Assembly (NCBI GenBank): GCA_965214405.1
Contig: OZ243956.1
Coordinates: 2,272,001-2,336,000, forward strand
From: Trueperaceae bacterium
Lineage (GTDB): Bacteria; Deinococcota; Deinococci; Deinococcales; Trueperaceae
Direction of reading: 5' to 3'
DNA length: 64,000 bases
The notes beneath the pieces were generated by a model. The model was not told the DNA's origin. It did not search any database and saw only the letters and a list, made by a program, of their open reading frames with translations. Of this stretch, positions 48,655 through 59,191 are shown one piece after another. The first letter of the stretch is position 1, and each line of letters starts with the position of its first letter. The translations under genes and the position numbers were made by a program.

Positions 48655-49245
48655 GTGTCCGAGGTAGGCGAGAGAATGGTGGCCGAGCTTGTGCGGATTC
48701 GTGAGGCGCTGGAGCGCGGGCAGACGTTGGGCTTTGGCAAAAAGGAGGAGCCGACGTACCTTTTCGTCCACCACCCCAAAAGCGCGGAGGACGTGGACCA
48801 TCTGTGGTACTGGCGCGATAAGAACCAGCGAGTCAACCATCCCATTCGTGAGAGCGATCTGACGGGCTTTTTGAGGAGCGTCTATAGGCGCGACCGGAAC
48901 GACTCGAGCGGCGACGCGGTGCCCCTCCTCAACGTTTTTATCGACGCTGACAAGCCCTACGTGCTGCAAACGGGATTTTTTACCAACTTTTCGATTTCTT
49001 TGCTGGCGGCTCTGAACGAGCTGGAGCAAGGTGACTTAAGTGAGCCCGTCACGCTCGTGGCCGAGATGAGCCCCGGCAGACGGAGCAGGCCCACGGTGTT
49101 CTGCCGGGTGGAGCGGCGCGGGCAACGGCTCTTGCCAGTATTCAGCAAGAAAAACGACGTGCAAAAGCTTTATGACGCGGTGGTGGAACGGTTTGGCTTT
49201 ACCAACCCACTTGGCGGGACAGAAGGGGAGGACCACAGTGAGTAA
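48655..49245 (+). CDS. Hypothetical beta-rich protein (possible OB-fold / nucleic-acid binding)
   Basis: RBS AAGGAGG, GTG 48655; LGFG...P.YLFV...LWYW...PI.E..LTG.L..V...AD.PYVLQTG..T.FS.SLL.AL. Confidence 0.75.
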   Translation: MSEVGERMVAELVRIREALERGQTLGFGKKEEPTYLFVHHPKSAEDVDHLWYWRDKNQRVNHPIRESDLTGFLRSVYRRDRNDSSGDAVPLLNVFIDADKPYVLQTGFFTNFSISLLAALNELEQGDLSEPVTLVAEMSPGRRSRPTVFCRVERRGQRLLPVFSKKNDVQKLYDAVVERFGFTNPLGGTEGEDHSE

Positions 49246-50161
49246 AGAGGTGAGTGAAAAGAACAACGCAAGCAGCAACGCATTTTTCGAGGGAGGCGCG
49301 GACGCGACCGAAATCCGCCGCAAGTACGCGCACTTCCAGCGACTCATGACCGAACTCATGTGGGACTGTCTCGTCGGCACGGACGAGCACCCGATACCTG
49401 AAGACGACATCGAGACGCACTGGATTAGCTTTGAGGACGGCGAACCGCTCAAACACACCCTCCACCTGCCCGCGGGCGAGTTTGACGAGGGCGAACCCAT
49501 CTACAACGAGTACAACAAGGCTGTCTACGTCGTAAAAAACGTGGAGGTTCTGCCGGAGATTAGGGCGAGGCTAGGGGAGTTAGAGCGCGTCCAAAACGAG
49601 GCCAAGGGGCTCGCGGGCCTCACCAAGGGGGGCGTGTCCAAGCATCTGCTTTATCCAGAACTTTACGAAGGTGCCGAGCTGGTGCGTTACAAACGGTTGA
49701 CGAGTTTTGACAGCCACTTGAGGGACAAGGCGTTTATTGTAGACCGTCTGAGACGCCATTTACAAGACCTCAAAGAGGTGACCGCCGAAAAGTACGCGCC
49801 CCGCGCCTCTTTCGAGGACCCTGTGCTGGACAGACGCTACGCCGAAATGCGCGACGTCGAGGCGCATATCGAGCTCATCACCGACTACCCTGAAGACGAG
49901 TTCCGCGAGCGCCGCCGCTACGAACGGGTGCAGCCTTACGTGTATTTTGAAGACGGCTCGGCGCGGCAGGTCTACCTCAAAGACGTGGGTTTTATCGTCA
50001 CGGGCGACGACGTCGAGGTCCGTGACGACAGCGCGCGCACCCGGCGGCGGCACGGGGGCAAGAGCGACCTAGCGCCGCTCATCACTTTTGCCAAAACGAC
50101 CGAGGTGTATAGCGAACGCGAGTGGCGCGAGGCGCATCCGCAGTACGGGACGAGGGGGTGA
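49238..50161 (+). CDS. Hypothetical protein, tentatively Tus-like DNA-binding protein
   Basis: RBS GGGGAGG, GTG overlapping the previous ORF; 307 aa; basic strands RERRRYERVQP and ARTRRRHGGKSD. The ORF is confident, the function speculative. Confidence 0.7.
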   Translation: MSKEVSEKNNASSNAFFEGGADATEIRRKYAHFQRLMTELMWDCLVGTDEHPIPEDDIETHWISFEDGEPLKHTLHLPAGEFDEGEPIYNEYNKAVYVVKNVEVLPEIRARLGELERVQNEAKGLAGLTKGGVSKHLLYPELYEGAELVRYKRLTSFDSHLRDKAFIVDRLRRHLQDLKEVTAEKYAPRASFEDPVLDRRYAEMRDVEAHIELITDYPEDEFRERRRYERVQPYVYFEDGSARQVYLKDVGFIVTGDDVEVRDDSARTRRRHGGKSDLAPLITFAKTTEVYSEREWREAHPQYGTRG

Positions 50162-50276
50162 GGCAGGACCGAGTGATGAGTGGAAAGTGCTGAGTGAAAA
50201 GTAGAGTCAGCGGCTCATTCCCTCCGCTCTGCCGTGGAATGGGTGTGTGCGTTCAATAAGAAGTAAGACTTATTGC

Positions 50277-50307
50277 AAAAAAAGAAAGCCGCCTCTGTGG
50301 GCGGCTT
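50277..50307 (-). terminator. Intrinsic terminator after the V/A-ATPase operon
   Basis: AAGCCGCC-N6-GGCGGCTT followed on the minus strand by a T run. Confidence 0.8.
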
Positions 50308-50328
50308 AAAACGTGCTTTGGGCTTGGC

Positions 50329-51018
50329 TCAAGCAGGAAAGGCGGGTTTAGCGGCCTCGCTCTGGGGTTCGCCGTGGGGCGGCATCCCCTCTGCCGCTTC
50401 TCGAGCGTCGAGCTTGGCTTTAATGCGTTTCAAGACGGTGATTTCTTCCAGGGCGCGCTGGTCTAAGACGCTGCGGATGTCCTTGATTTGCAGGCTGATG
50501 CCGGGGATGACGATCTGCTCCAAAGCGTTCACGCGCCGGGAAGTTTTCTTAATCTCCTCACCCACGCGCCGCAGCCGCGTTTCGGTGGCGGCCACCTGGA
50601 CGAGCGCCTCGGTGAGTTTGCGAAACTGCGCGGCGGCGTCTAAAGTGCGCGTGCCCGCGTTGATGGGCGAGAAGGGCAGCTTGTCGTCGAACTTGGGAGC
50701 CTGCACCTGCGGCACCTTGACGCCGAAGAGGTTTTCCACCTTGATGTCGACCTCGAGCCCCGTCCCCTCAGCCAGACTGAGGCTCTGAAGCGCCTCGGGT
50801 CCGTCCCAGGCGTTGGCGAGAAAAAGGCTAAAGTACGCCTCCTTGCTCGTCTCGTTGAGCGCGCGGCGCGCGGCTAAAGACTCCTTGACGAGGCCGAAAA
50901 ACTCGCCAATCAGCGCGTCGCGCTTGCGCTTCAAGAGGTCGGCCCCGCGGTTGGCAAGGCGCAACTGGTCGCGCCGTTGGAGCAGGTTTGAGCGGGTTGG
51001 AGCGATGTTTTCTGCCAT
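50329..51018 (-). CDS. atpD: V/A-type ATP synthase subunit D
   Basis: PTRSNL..., G.DLLKRKRDAL, EIKKTSRRVNALEQIVIP. Confidence 0.95.
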   Translation of the reverse strand: MAENIAPTRSNLLQRRDQLRLANRGADLLKRKRDALIGEFFGLVKESLAARRALNETSKEAYFSLFLANAWDGPEALQSLSLAEGTGLEVDIKVENLFGVKVPQVQAPKFDDKLPFSPINAGTRTLDAAAQFRKLTEALVQVAATETRLRRVGEEIKKTSRRVNALEQIVIPGISLQIKDIRSVLDQRALEEITVLKRIKAKLDAREAAEGMPPHGEPQSEAAKPAFPA

Positions 51019-51105
51019 AGAACTCCTTTGGAAGAGTGAAGGGTAAAGGTGGGAAGGGTGAAAAAGTCTCTAACCTCGGACTTCCGCCCCTCCCACTTTA
51101 GAACC

Positions 51106-52518
51106 CTAGACTCTTGCCCCCCACATCTCTTCCATCTTCGCGCCGTAGTAGTTGTCCACCTGCTCACGGCTGAGGCGGGTAAGTTCGCTCTTGGGCAGCA
51201 AGGAGAGGGTGGTCCAAGCGATGTTCAAGGACTCCTCAATCGAGCGGTCCTCGTTGCCCTGGTTGATAAAGTTCTTTTCGAACTCGTCGGCGAACTTGAG
51301 GTAGAGCTTGTCGTTTTCCGACAAGGCGTCCTCACCCGTGATCGCCACCAAGCGGCGCAGGTCGAGGCCGTTGGCGTAGGCCGCCTGGAGCTGGTCGGCA
51401 ACGTTCTTATGGTCCTTACGCGTTTTGCCCTCGCCAATGCCGTTGTTCATGAGGCGGGACAAGCTGGGGCCGGGGTTGATGGGCGGGTAGATGCCCTGGT
51501 TGAAAAGGCTCCGCGCGAGGTAAATCTGCCCCTCGGTGATGTAGCCCGTGAGGTCAGGGATGGGGTGCGTCACGTCGTCGTCGGGCATACTCAGGATGGG
51601 AATCTGCGTGACCGAGCCCGGACGGCCCTCCACCACACCCGCACGCTCGTAAATCGAGGCCAAGTCGGTGTACATGTAGCCGGGGTAGCCGCGGCGGCCG
51701 GGGATTTCTTCTCGAGCCCCGCCAATCTCGCGCAGCGCCTCACAGTAGTTGGTCATGTCGGTGAGGATGACGAGCACGTGGTAACCCTCTTCAAAGGCCA
51801 GGTACTCGGCGGCGGTGAGCGCCATCCGCGGGGTGAGGAGGCGTTCGACCGCGGGATCGTCGGCTTTGTTAAGGAACAAGACGGAGCGCGCCAGCGCGCC
51901 CGTGCGCTCGAACTCCTGCGTGAAAAAGGTGATCTCGCGCTGGGTCACGCCCATCGCCGCAAAAACTACCGCGAACTCGGAGCCTTCACCCAAAACCTTG
52001 GACTGACGCGCGATCTGCGCGGCCAGCTCGTTGGCGGGCAGACCCGAACCCGAAAAGATGGGCAGCTTTTGGCCGCGAACGAGCGTCATGAGCGTGTCGA
52101 TGGTCGAGACGCCCGTCTGGATAAACTCTTCGGGTTTCTCGCGCGCCACCGGGTTGATGGGCGCGCCGCCGATGGGCAGGCGCTTGTCGGCGACCACCTC
52201 GGGCAAACCGTCGATAGGCTCGCCGATGCCGTTAAAGCGCCGCCCGATCATCTCGCGCGAGACGCCCAAACGCGCCACGTCCTCAACGAGAGAGACGGTG
52301 GTACTCGCCAGGTCGATGCCGCGCGGGTCCTCGAAGACCTGGAGCGTCGTTATCTTGTCCGAAACCTCGATAACCTGCCCCCCGCGGACGCGGCCCGTGC
52401 CGTCGGTAATGCGCACGATGGCGTTGTAGGCCAGGTCGGGCGCATTCTTCAAGAACAGCAGCGGCCCCGAAACGTAGGAGACTTCGCTGTACTCTTTCTT
52501 TAGCAGTTTACTCGCCAT
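51106..52518 (-). CDS. atpB: V/A-type ATP synthase subunit B
   Basis: [51 protein letters not shown]. Confidence 0.98.
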   Translation of the reverse strand: MASKLLKKEYSEVSYVSGPLLFLKNAPDLAYNAIVRITDGTGRVRGGQVIEVSDKITTLQVFEDPRGIDLASTTVSLVEDVARLGVSREMIGRRFNGIGEPIDGLPEVVADKRLPIGGAPINPVAREKPEEFIQTGVSTIDTLMTLVRGQKLPIFSGSGLPANELAAQIARQSKVLGEGSEFAVVFAAMGVTQREITFFTQEFERTGALARSVLFLNKADDPAVERLLTPRMALTAAEYLAFEEGYHVLVILTDMTNYCEALREIGGAREEIPGRRGYPGYMYTDLASIYERAGVVEGRPGSVTQIPILSMPDDDVTHPIPDLTGYITEGQIYLARSLFNQGIYPPINPGPSLSRLMNNGIGEGKTRKDHKNVADQLQAAYANGLDLRRLVAITGEDALSENDKLYLKFADEFEKNFINQGNEDRSIEESLNIAWTTLSLLPKSELTRLSREQVDNYYGAKMEEMWGARV

Positions 52519-52550
52519 AGTTTCTCCTTTCTGCCCTTTCTGGGCAACCC

Positions 52551-54290
52551 TTACGCGGCAACGGCAAAGCCGTCGTCGAGTTCTCTGATGACGTCTTTTT
52601 TGTAGCTCTCGAACTCGTCCTCAGGCGTGTAGCGGGCGCGGTTGATTTTTTCGGTGACGGGGTTCGCTAAGATGTCATCCACCGTCGCGCCGCCCTCCAA
52701 GGCCCGCCGCGCCTCGTCGTAAAACTTGACCATCATTTGCAGCATCCCGTAGGCCTTGGTCATTGAGCACGACGCGTCCACGGGGTCAAAGCCGTTTTGC
52801 TGCAAGAAATCCTGGCGCAAGATGCGGCCCGTTTCGATAATCAGGCGCTCTTGGTCCTGGAGCGCGTCCGGGCCGACCAACTGCACGACTTCTTGGAGTT
52901 CGGACTCGCGCTGCAAGAGGTTGACCGCGCGCTCACGCAGGGCCGGGAAATCTTCGGCGACGTTCTCGCGGTACCAGTCCTCGAGAATGGGCGTAAAGAG
53001 CGAGTACGAGCGGTTCCAGTTGATCGCCGGGAAGTGACGGCGGCGCGCCAAGGACGCGTCGAGCGCCCAAAAGCAGCCCGTGATGCGCAACGTGGACTGG
53101 GTGACGGGCTCCGAAAAATCACCGCCTGCGGGCGACACCGCGCCGATGATCGAGACCGCGCCCTGCTCGCCCGCGAGCGTCGTCGCGCGGCCCCCGCGTT
53201 CGTAAAAGGCGGCGAGACGCGAGGCCAGGTAGGGCGGATAGCCTTCCTCGGCGGGCATCTCTTCAAGCCTCGAGGCGATTTCGCGCAGCGCCTCCGCCCA
53301 TCTCGAGGTCGAGTCGGCCATGACCGAGACGCGGTAGCCCTGGTCGCGGAAATACTCGGCCAGCGTGATGCCCGTGTAGATGCTTGCCTCGCGCGCGGCC
53401 ACCGGCATATTCGAGGTGTTGGCAATTAAGACGGTGCGCTCCATCAGCGGGTTGCCCGTTTGCGGGTCTTCCAACTCGGGAAACTCGACCAGCACGTCCG
53501 TCATCTCGTTGCCGCGCTCGCCGCAGCCTACGTAGACGACGATGTCGGCGTTGCCGTACTTCGCAATCGACTGCTGCGTGACCGTCTTGCCCGAGCCGAA
53601 GGGACCGGGGATGGCCGCGGTGCCGCCCATCGTGAGGGGGAAAAGCACGTCGAGAATCCGCATCCCCGTCAGAAAGGGCGTGACCGGGTCGAGCTTCTTC
53701 TCTACAGGCCGCGCCTGACGCACGGGCCAGGGGTGGTAGAGCTTGAGTTCGGTGCCGTCCTCTAAGGTCGCCACCACGTCGTCAACGGTATATTCGCCCT
53801 CACCGACAATGGACTTGATTTTGCCGCTCTTGTCGGGGGGCACCAGAACCTTGTGCGTAAACGAAAACTCGGGAACCGTGCCCAGCACCTGTCCACCCGA
53901 GACTTCATCACCCTTTTTTACGCTCGGCGTAAAGGCCCACTTGGCCTCGCGCGAGAGCGAGTTCACAGTAATGCCGCGGTCGATATAGGTGCCCGAGACT
54001 TCGTTGATTTTGTCCAGGGGCCGCTGAATACCGTCAAAGATGCCGTTGAGCATCCCCGGCCCCAATTCAACCGCCAAGGGCAGCCCGGTTGAAACGACGG
54101 GCTCGCCGATAGTAAGGCCGCCCGTGTCTTCGTAGACCTGCACAAAGGCGGTCGTTCCGTCCAAACGGATAATTTCGCCAACAAGCTGTTCTTTACCGAC
54201 GCGCACGATGTCGAACATGCGCGCGCCCATCATCCCCTCGGCGATGACCGCCGGGCCGGAGATGCGCTGTACTTTGCCTTCTATAGCCAC
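52551..54290 (-). CDS. atpA: V/A-type ATP synthase subunit A (no intein seen)
   Basis: [40 protein letters not shown]. Confidence 0.98.
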   Translation of the reverse strand: MAIEGKVQRISGPAVIAEGMMGARMFDIVRVGKEQLVGEIIRLDGTTAFVQVYEDTGGLTIGEPVVSTGLPLAVELGPGMLNGIFDGIQRPLDKINEVSGTYIDRGITVNSLSREAKWAFTPSVKKGDEVSGGQVLGTVPEFSFTHKVLVPPDKSGKIKSIVGEGEYTVDDVVATLEDGTELKLYHPWPVRQARPVEKKLDPVTPFLTGMRILDVLFPLTMGGTAAIPGPFGSGKTVTQQSIAKYGNADIVVYVGCGERGNEMTDVLVEFPELEDPQTGNPLMERTVLIANTSNMPVAAREASIYTGITLAEYFRDQGYRVSVMADSTSRWAEALREIASRLEEMPAEEGYPPYLASRLAAFYERGGRATTLAGEQGAVSIIGAVSPAGGDFSEPVTQSTLRITGCFWALDASLARRRHFPAINWNRSYSLFTPILEDWYRENVAEDFPALRERAVNLLQRESELQEVVQLVGPDALQDQERLIIETGRILRQDFLQQNGFDPVDASCSMTKAYGMLQMMVKFYDEARRALEGGATVDDILANPVTEKINRARYTPEDEFESYKKDVIRELDDGFAVAA

Positions 54291-54407
54291 TGTTGCCTCC
54301 TTCTACTAGAAAGGAGGAGATGAAGATTTTTTCCGCCTCTCCATCCCCTTGTAGTTCTTCAAATAGTCTACCCTTTTACTCTCTCACCACTCAGCACTTA
54401 CCGCTAC

Positions 54408-54734
54408 TCACTCGAGCTTGATGTCAAACCCAATCGCGCTTCTTACCAAGTCCTTCATGTACGCGTCGGCGTCGTCGGCCTCGCCAAAGGCGGCACCCAA
54501 ACCGGGCATCGGCAGCAAGACGGGCAGGTCGCGGCCCCGCATGGCGCGTTCGCTCGAGCGTATCGGGTCCTCAATCAGCGACTCGTCCACGACCACCAGG
54601 CCGTAATCGTTGGAGGCGATCACCTCTTCTAACGCCTGCTGCGCCCCCTCGGCGTCGGTTTCGCGCACTTCGACGCCCGCCAGGCGAAAACCCAGCGCGG
54701 TTTCGGCGTCGGTCACCACGAGCATCTTAGGCAT
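54408..54734 (-). CDS. atpF: V/A-type ATP synthase subunit F
   Basis: D.ETALGFRLAGV, VRSAIGFDIKL. Confidence 0.93.
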   Translation of the reverse strand: MPKMLVVTDAETALGFRLAGVEVRETDAEGAQQALEEVIASNDYGLVVVDESLIEDPIRSSERAMRGRDLPVLLPMPGLGAAFGEADDADAYMKDLVRSAIGFDIKLE

Positions 54735-55749
54735 TCCCTAGCTCCCTTTCGAGTTGCGGGCGCGGCACGCCGTAGTATTTGCCCCTCGCCAGGAGGCGCA
54801 AGCGCGCCGCCTCGCTCTCTTTTTGCCGCAAGTAGTTGAGCACCACGCCGATACCCAAGGGGTCGCCGAGCGCTAAACGGCGCGCGTCGCGGTCTAGGGT
54901 GCTGCGGATGGCCTCGTCGGCGGCGCTCAACGTATCCGTTTCAGTCACCTCGGAAAAGCTGGTATTTGAAAGTTCCTGGAGCGCGGCGGGCGAATCGCTG
55001 GTAAGCAGCGACTCGAACGTGCTCCGGCTCACTTCTCGCCCGCCGGGCACGAAAAACTCGCTCGCCTCGTCGGGGGGAGTTTGGCCGCGTAATTTAAGCG
55101 CGGTGCGCAGGTTCGTCGCGTCCACCTCGCGCTGCATGTAGCGGACGAGGTCGCGGGGCGCGTTGGCCGCCTCTAACTCGTCAAATACCGCGCGGTAGTA
55201 GGCGCGGTCTAGACTTAGCTCCAACTCGTAAAGGTCGTTGCTCGAGGAGTATTCGCGCACCGCGCGCGAAAAAGCGGGCGCGAGCGGGTTTTGTGTAAAG
55301 GCGAGCGACTGCGCCGCGGCGGGCAGGTCGGGCGCGCTGGCGATGGTCTCCAAAACGGCGGGCTTGAGCCGTCCAGCAGGGAGAAGCGCGGCGCGCATGT
55401 CCTCGTACTCGCGCCCGGCGTGTTTGGCCCTGGCGATCGCCTTGAGGTTGGCTAGGTCGTAACGGAGCAGCACCACGGCGATAAGCCGCTCCGCTCTCCC
55501 GTCCGAAAAGGTGAGGATGCTGCGCGTCGTCCGGTAGAAGTTTCCCGCCAGCGCCGCGTCGATGGCGCGCAAACCCTCGTAGCGCGCCTCCGCCTCCTCA
55601 TAGTCGCGCATGTAGGGCGACTGAGAGAATGAGGAGGTAAAGGCGCGAAAATCGGTCGCGTTGAGCGCGTCGTTGTAGAACTCGGGACCCAAAAGCTGCG
55701 CCTTGAGCCCGCGCACGCGCGCGTTGATGTAGCCTAGATCGGACGACAT
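54727..55749 (-). CDS. atpC: V/A-type ATP synthase subunit C
   Basis: YINARVRG, YDLANLK, EVDATNLRT, KESEAARLRLLARGK. Confidence 0.92.
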   Translation of the reverse strand: MSSDLGYINARVRGLKAQLLGPEFYNDALNATDFRAFTSSFSQSPYMRDYEEAEARYEGLRAIDAALAGNFYRTTRSILTFSDGRAERLIAVVLLRYDLANLKAIARAKHAGREYEDMRAALLPAGRLKPAVLETIASAPDLPAAAQSLAFTQNPLAPAFSRAVREYSSSNDLYELELSLDRAYYRAVFDELEAANAPRDLVRYMQREVDATNLRTALKLRGQTPPDEASEFFVPGGREVSRSTFESLLTSDSPAALQELSNTSFSEVTETDTLSAADEAIRSTLDRDARRLALGDPLGIGVVLNYLRQKESEAARLRLLARGKYYGVPRPQLERELGNA

Positions 55750-56357
55750 CAGCTTCCTTGGGCTTGTGCAGGCGCGCTTTTGAAGAGCACCCCCGATACC
55801 TCCGAGGCGAGCTCGTCGCGCAGGGCCTCGAGCCGCACCGGCAGTGTATTTTCCACCGTGCTGTTCGAGCCCGTCGCGCGCAAGCGCACCCCGCCCCGCA
55901 CATTCTCGTCGGTGTGGACGGGGGCATTTATACTCAAATCTTTGAGCGCGTTCTTCGCCACCTTCTCGTCTTCGGGGTTGACGGTCACGTCCGAAACGCG
56001 GTCTTTACCAACCGCCTCGGCGGCTTCTGACAGGAGCGACTTAAATACGGGCGCGTAGCGTTTTTCGTCGCCCATGAGCGCGTCGACGTCCTTTTGAACG
56101 CGGTTAAACACATCCTCGACGGCCTCATGCTGGGCGCGGAGCCGCATCGAGGAGGCCTCGAGCTGCGCCGACGAGCGCGCGCGCACCCCCGCGGCCTCGT
56201 GCTGGCTGGACAGCGTGCGCCGCCGGGCCGCGACGGTCGCTTCGGCCTCGCGTTCGGCCTCAGCGACGATCTCCGAGGCGCGTGAGCGCGCCTCGGAGAG
56301 GATGCTGTCGATTTCCGCGCCCGCTTCTTTGTCAAGCAGAGCAGCAAGATTCGCCAC
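55749..56357 (-). CDS. atpE: V/A-type ATP synthase subunit E
   Basis: N-terminal coiled coil, GGVRL...VENTL..RL; operon position. Confidence 0.9.
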   Translation of the reverse strand: MANLAALLDKEAGAEIDSILSEARSRASEIVAEAEREAEATVAARRRTLSSQHEAAGVRARSSAQLEASSMRLRAQHEAVEDVFNRVQKDVDALMGDEKRYAPVFKSLLSEAAEAVGKDRVSDVTVNPEDEKVAKNALKDLSINAPVHTDENVRGGVRLRATGSNSTVENTLPVRLEALRDELASEVSGVLFKSAPAQAQGS

Positions 56358-56362
56358 GTTCG

Positions 56363-56683
56363 TCAGCCGATCTGGTTGTTCAAGAAGAAGGCGATCACGA
56401 AGCCGAAGATGATGATGGTCTCGGGGATAACGAGGTAGATGAGAATCTGACCGAACGCCTGCGGGCGCTCCGCGATGGTGCCCGCGCCCGCGCTGCCGAT
56501 GGACGCCTGCGCGATGCCCACGCCGATGGCGCAGAGGCCGATAGCCAAGGCCGCGCCGATGGCGATGAGGCCGCCGCCGACGGTGGAAGCCGTTTCAAGG
56601 GCCTCAACAGCCAATTCGGCCTCCTGGGCCATTCCCAAAGACGCGAGCGCGGCGAGTACAACAAGACCAAAAACTTTTTTCAT
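56363..56683 (-). CDS. atpK: V/A-type ATP synthase proteolipid subunit K (c), with N-terminal signal-like peptide
   Basis: GIAQASIGSAGAG.IAERP, IPETIIIFG. Confidence 0.93.
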   Translation of the reverse strand: MKKVFGLVVLAALASLGMAQEAELAVEALETASTVGGGLIAIGAALAIGLCAIGVGIAQASIGSAGAGTIAERPQAFGQILIYLVIPETIIIFGFVIAFFLNNQIG

Positions 56684-58677
56684 GCTCTTCCTCCAAAAAG
56701 ACGTAATGGCCGGTAAGGACGGCCGTTTTCTTCGTAAAACCCGAACTTGGTAAAGAACTCCACGTACTGCAGACGTAAAGGTTGCAGCGTGTGGCCGATG
56801 ATGGTAAGCGTGAGCGCGATGAGATGCACCGCCAGGGCGGCGATGATGCCCAGAATGGGGCCGATCACGGGCGCGACGCCGCCGAGGGCGAAGCCCACAT
56901 CCGTTGCCAAGTTGGCAACGAGCGCCGCGGCGAGCCCGACTGCAAAAAGACGCAGGTAAGAAAGGATGTTGCCCGAGTTCGAGATAAGCTCGACAAGCAT
57001 CAGCACAACACCTGACAGCACCACCCCGGCGATAAAAACAGCAAAAAGGAGTCCGCAGATGATCAACACGAGCGGCGTGAGCCCGTCTGCCAAAAAGGCG
57101 TAGGAAAAGATCACCACGGCCACGAGGCCGCTCGCCATGCCGACGCCCTCCCAGAGGTGCTTTTTGTCGTGGTGCTTGTAACCGTAGTAGGCGCGAATCA
57201 CCCAGCCGCCCACCACCTGCAGCACCCCGAAGCCCAGCGAGAGCAGCAGCAGGGGTTGGAACACTTCGACCCTAAAGAGCACGATGGGTATCCAGCCGTA
57301 CCCCTCCGGATAGTGTAGGGTGGTGTAAAAAACCGGCTTGCCACCGATGCCGTACCACCGCTCCAAGAAGTTGCCGAAAAACTCGCCGTAGAGAAAGCCG
57401 AACAAGATGCTCCAGCCCGCGCACCACACGATGATCATGCCGATGGAGGGCATCGCTGAGGCCGGGATGGTGACGCCCAAGGGACCCAGGCCGAGCGACC
57501 TGCCCTTGGCCCCGCGGCGGCGCAGCCAGAGGCCGATGGCGAGAAAAAGGAGCCCGAAACCGATGTCGCCGACCACGACGCCGAAAAAGAGCGGGAAAAA
57601 GACCGCCAGCGTCCAGCTCGGGTCGAACGAGCCGTACTTGGGCGGCGCGAAGAGCGACAACAGGCCCTCGAAGGGCCGCACCCAGCCGGGGTTCTCGAGC
57701 TTGACCGGCACCCCCACGTCGTGATGCTCGTCGGCGTGACGCGCCTCGACGACGACGGCCTCGCCGAAGTTCTTCTTGAGCGCTTCGGTCACGCGCGCGC
57801 TTTCGCCCGAGGGCACCCAGCCTTTCAGCGCGAAGCTGTACCGGCTTTCAACAGCGTCTGCGAGCGCCCCGAAACGCGCCTGATGGTTCAAGGCCGTCTG
57901 GCGCACCGCCTGAAGCTTGGCCCCGTGCTGCGCCCGGAGCTTGGTGAGCTCGTTGTTGATGACCGTGAGGCGGTTGGGCAACGCGCGAGAACGTTCCTCC
58001 ATCGTGTGAACGGCCTTGGCAAAATCTAACCCGGCGTAGCGTTCGGGCAGACTAAGCTCGGCCAATCCGAGCCCTGAGAGTGCGCTCAAAAGCTCTCCCC
58101 TGTCGCCTTTTAAGACCGCCGCCGTCGCCAAGAGCTGCTTGCCGGAGGGTCTGGCGGCGAGCAGGATGCGCCCGTCTAGGGCTTGCTCGAGCTTCTGCCG
58201 CGTTTCTTCAAAGGCGTCGGCGTTCACCGCAAAGGCCACGCCCGTGAGGTAGCGGCTGCGCTCCAACTGCGCCAGGCTCGGCGCGAGCCCGCGGAACACG
58301 CCCAGGTAAGTGTTGATGACGTCCAGCTCATCCCGAACTTCGCCGCGCTCGGCGACCAAATCTTCGACCTGCGCGTTGACGCTCTTGAGGTAGGTTTGAA
58401 TGTCCGCGAGGCTCCCCGGTGTCTCGCTTTTGGGGCTCGGCGCCACATCAGATGCCCCCAGCACGTCGATCAAACTTTCAGAACGCGCGACCGCCGCGTT
58501 CCAGCCGTCTTTGGTGGCCTGGTCCGCCTCGCGGAGTTTGAGTTTGGCGAGCTTTTGACCCTCGGCGGGCTCTAAGGGGTCAACTTGCACCACCCCAAGG
58601 TTTTGCAGGCTTGCCAGTACCTCCTGCGCCATGCTGCGGCGGCCCACGACCAGAAGCTGGTCCATCTCCGCAATCAC
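56680..58677 (-). CDS. atpI: V/A-type ATP synthase subunit I
   Basis: DPSW.LAVFFPLFFG...GDIGFG, GNILSYLRLFAVGL, LRLQYVEFFTKF. Confidence 0.95.
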   Translation of the reverse strand: MIAEMDQLLVVGRRSMAQEVLASLQNLGVVQVDPLEPAEGQKLAKLKLREADQATKDGWNAAVARSESLIDVLGASDVAPSPKSETPGSLADIQTYLKSVNAQVEDLVAERGEVRDELDVINTYLGVFRGLAPSLAQLERSRYLTGVAFAVNADAFEETRQKLEQALDGRILLAARPSGKQLLATAAVLKGDRGELLSALSGLGLAELSLPERYAGLDFAKAVHTMEERSRALPNRLTVINNELTKLRAQHGAKLQAVRQTALNHQARFGALADAVESRYSFALKGWVPSGESARVTEALKKNFGEAVVVEARHADEHHDVGVPVKLENPGWVRPFEGLLSLFAPPKYGSFDPSWTLAVFFPLFFGVVVGDIGFGLLFLAIGLWLRRRGAKGRSLGLGPLGVTIPASAMPSIGMIIVWCAGWSILFGFLYGEFFGNFLERWYGIGGKPVFYTTLHYPEGYGWIPIVLFRVEVFQPLLLLSLGFGVLQVVGGWVIRAYYGYKHHDKKHLWEGVGMASGLVAVVIFSYAFLADGLTPLVLIICGLLFAVFIAGVVLSGVVLMLVELISNSGNILSYLRLFAVGLAAALVANLATDVGFALGGVAPVIGPILGIIAALAVHLIALTLTIIGHTLQPLRLQYVEFFTKFGFYEENGRPYRPLRLFGGRA

Positions 58678-58994
58678 GGTAGCACCCGCTCCATCACGAG
58701 CTTGACAGCCTTGGCTTTATTCTTTTCGGCCTGCGCCCGCAGCGTTTGCACGCCGCGCTCGGCCTCGTCCATGACTTCTTTTCGTGAACGCTCGCCCTCC
58801 GCGCGCGTCGTTTCGGCCTGCTCTTTGGAGAGCGTTTCGGCCCGCGCGTTCGCGTCCGCCTTTAACTTTCTGGCCCTCGCCTCGGCCTCGCTGATGATCT
58901 CAGCCGCCTCGCCTTTGGCTCCCTCGACCTTGGCAACCAACGCCTGCTCGTGGTCGACCAGATTCTGCAACAGTCTTTCGCCCTGGCTTTCCAA
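58674..58994 (-). CDS. V/A-type ATP synthase peripheral-stalk subunit G/H
   Basis: Charged coiled coil, first gene of the operon; TTG start with RBS AAGGGAGG. Confidence 0.85.
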   Translation of the reverse strand: MESQGERLLQNLVDHEQALVAKVEGAKGEAAEIISEAEARARKLKADANARAETLSKEQAETTRAEGERSRKEVMDEAERGVQTLRAQAEKNKAKAVKLVMERVLP

Positions 58995-59191
58995 GCGGCC
59001 CTCCCTTCTATAACTTCACGTCACATTAAGGACGCTGAACCCAACCGCACTATAGAACCACACGACAAAACGGGGCAACATCCACCGAGACATAAAAAAA
59101 TGCGATAAACCTTAAGCTCACAAGCCTTTCACCTATCGCTGCGTCAGCATAACAGTAGCCCCCAGTACTGTCAACGAGACAGATGTCCCGG

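Noticed and set aside
51049..52503. 484-aa plus-strand ORF antisense to atpB, and similar long antisense ORFs (7065-7949, 23272-24072, 52797-53429)
   Set aside because: Shadow ORFs expected from high GC3 codon bias opposite well-supported genes.
52551..54290. Intein in ATPase subunit A or in RecA
   Set aside because: Both proteins have normal lengths (579 and 357 aa) with continuous motifs.
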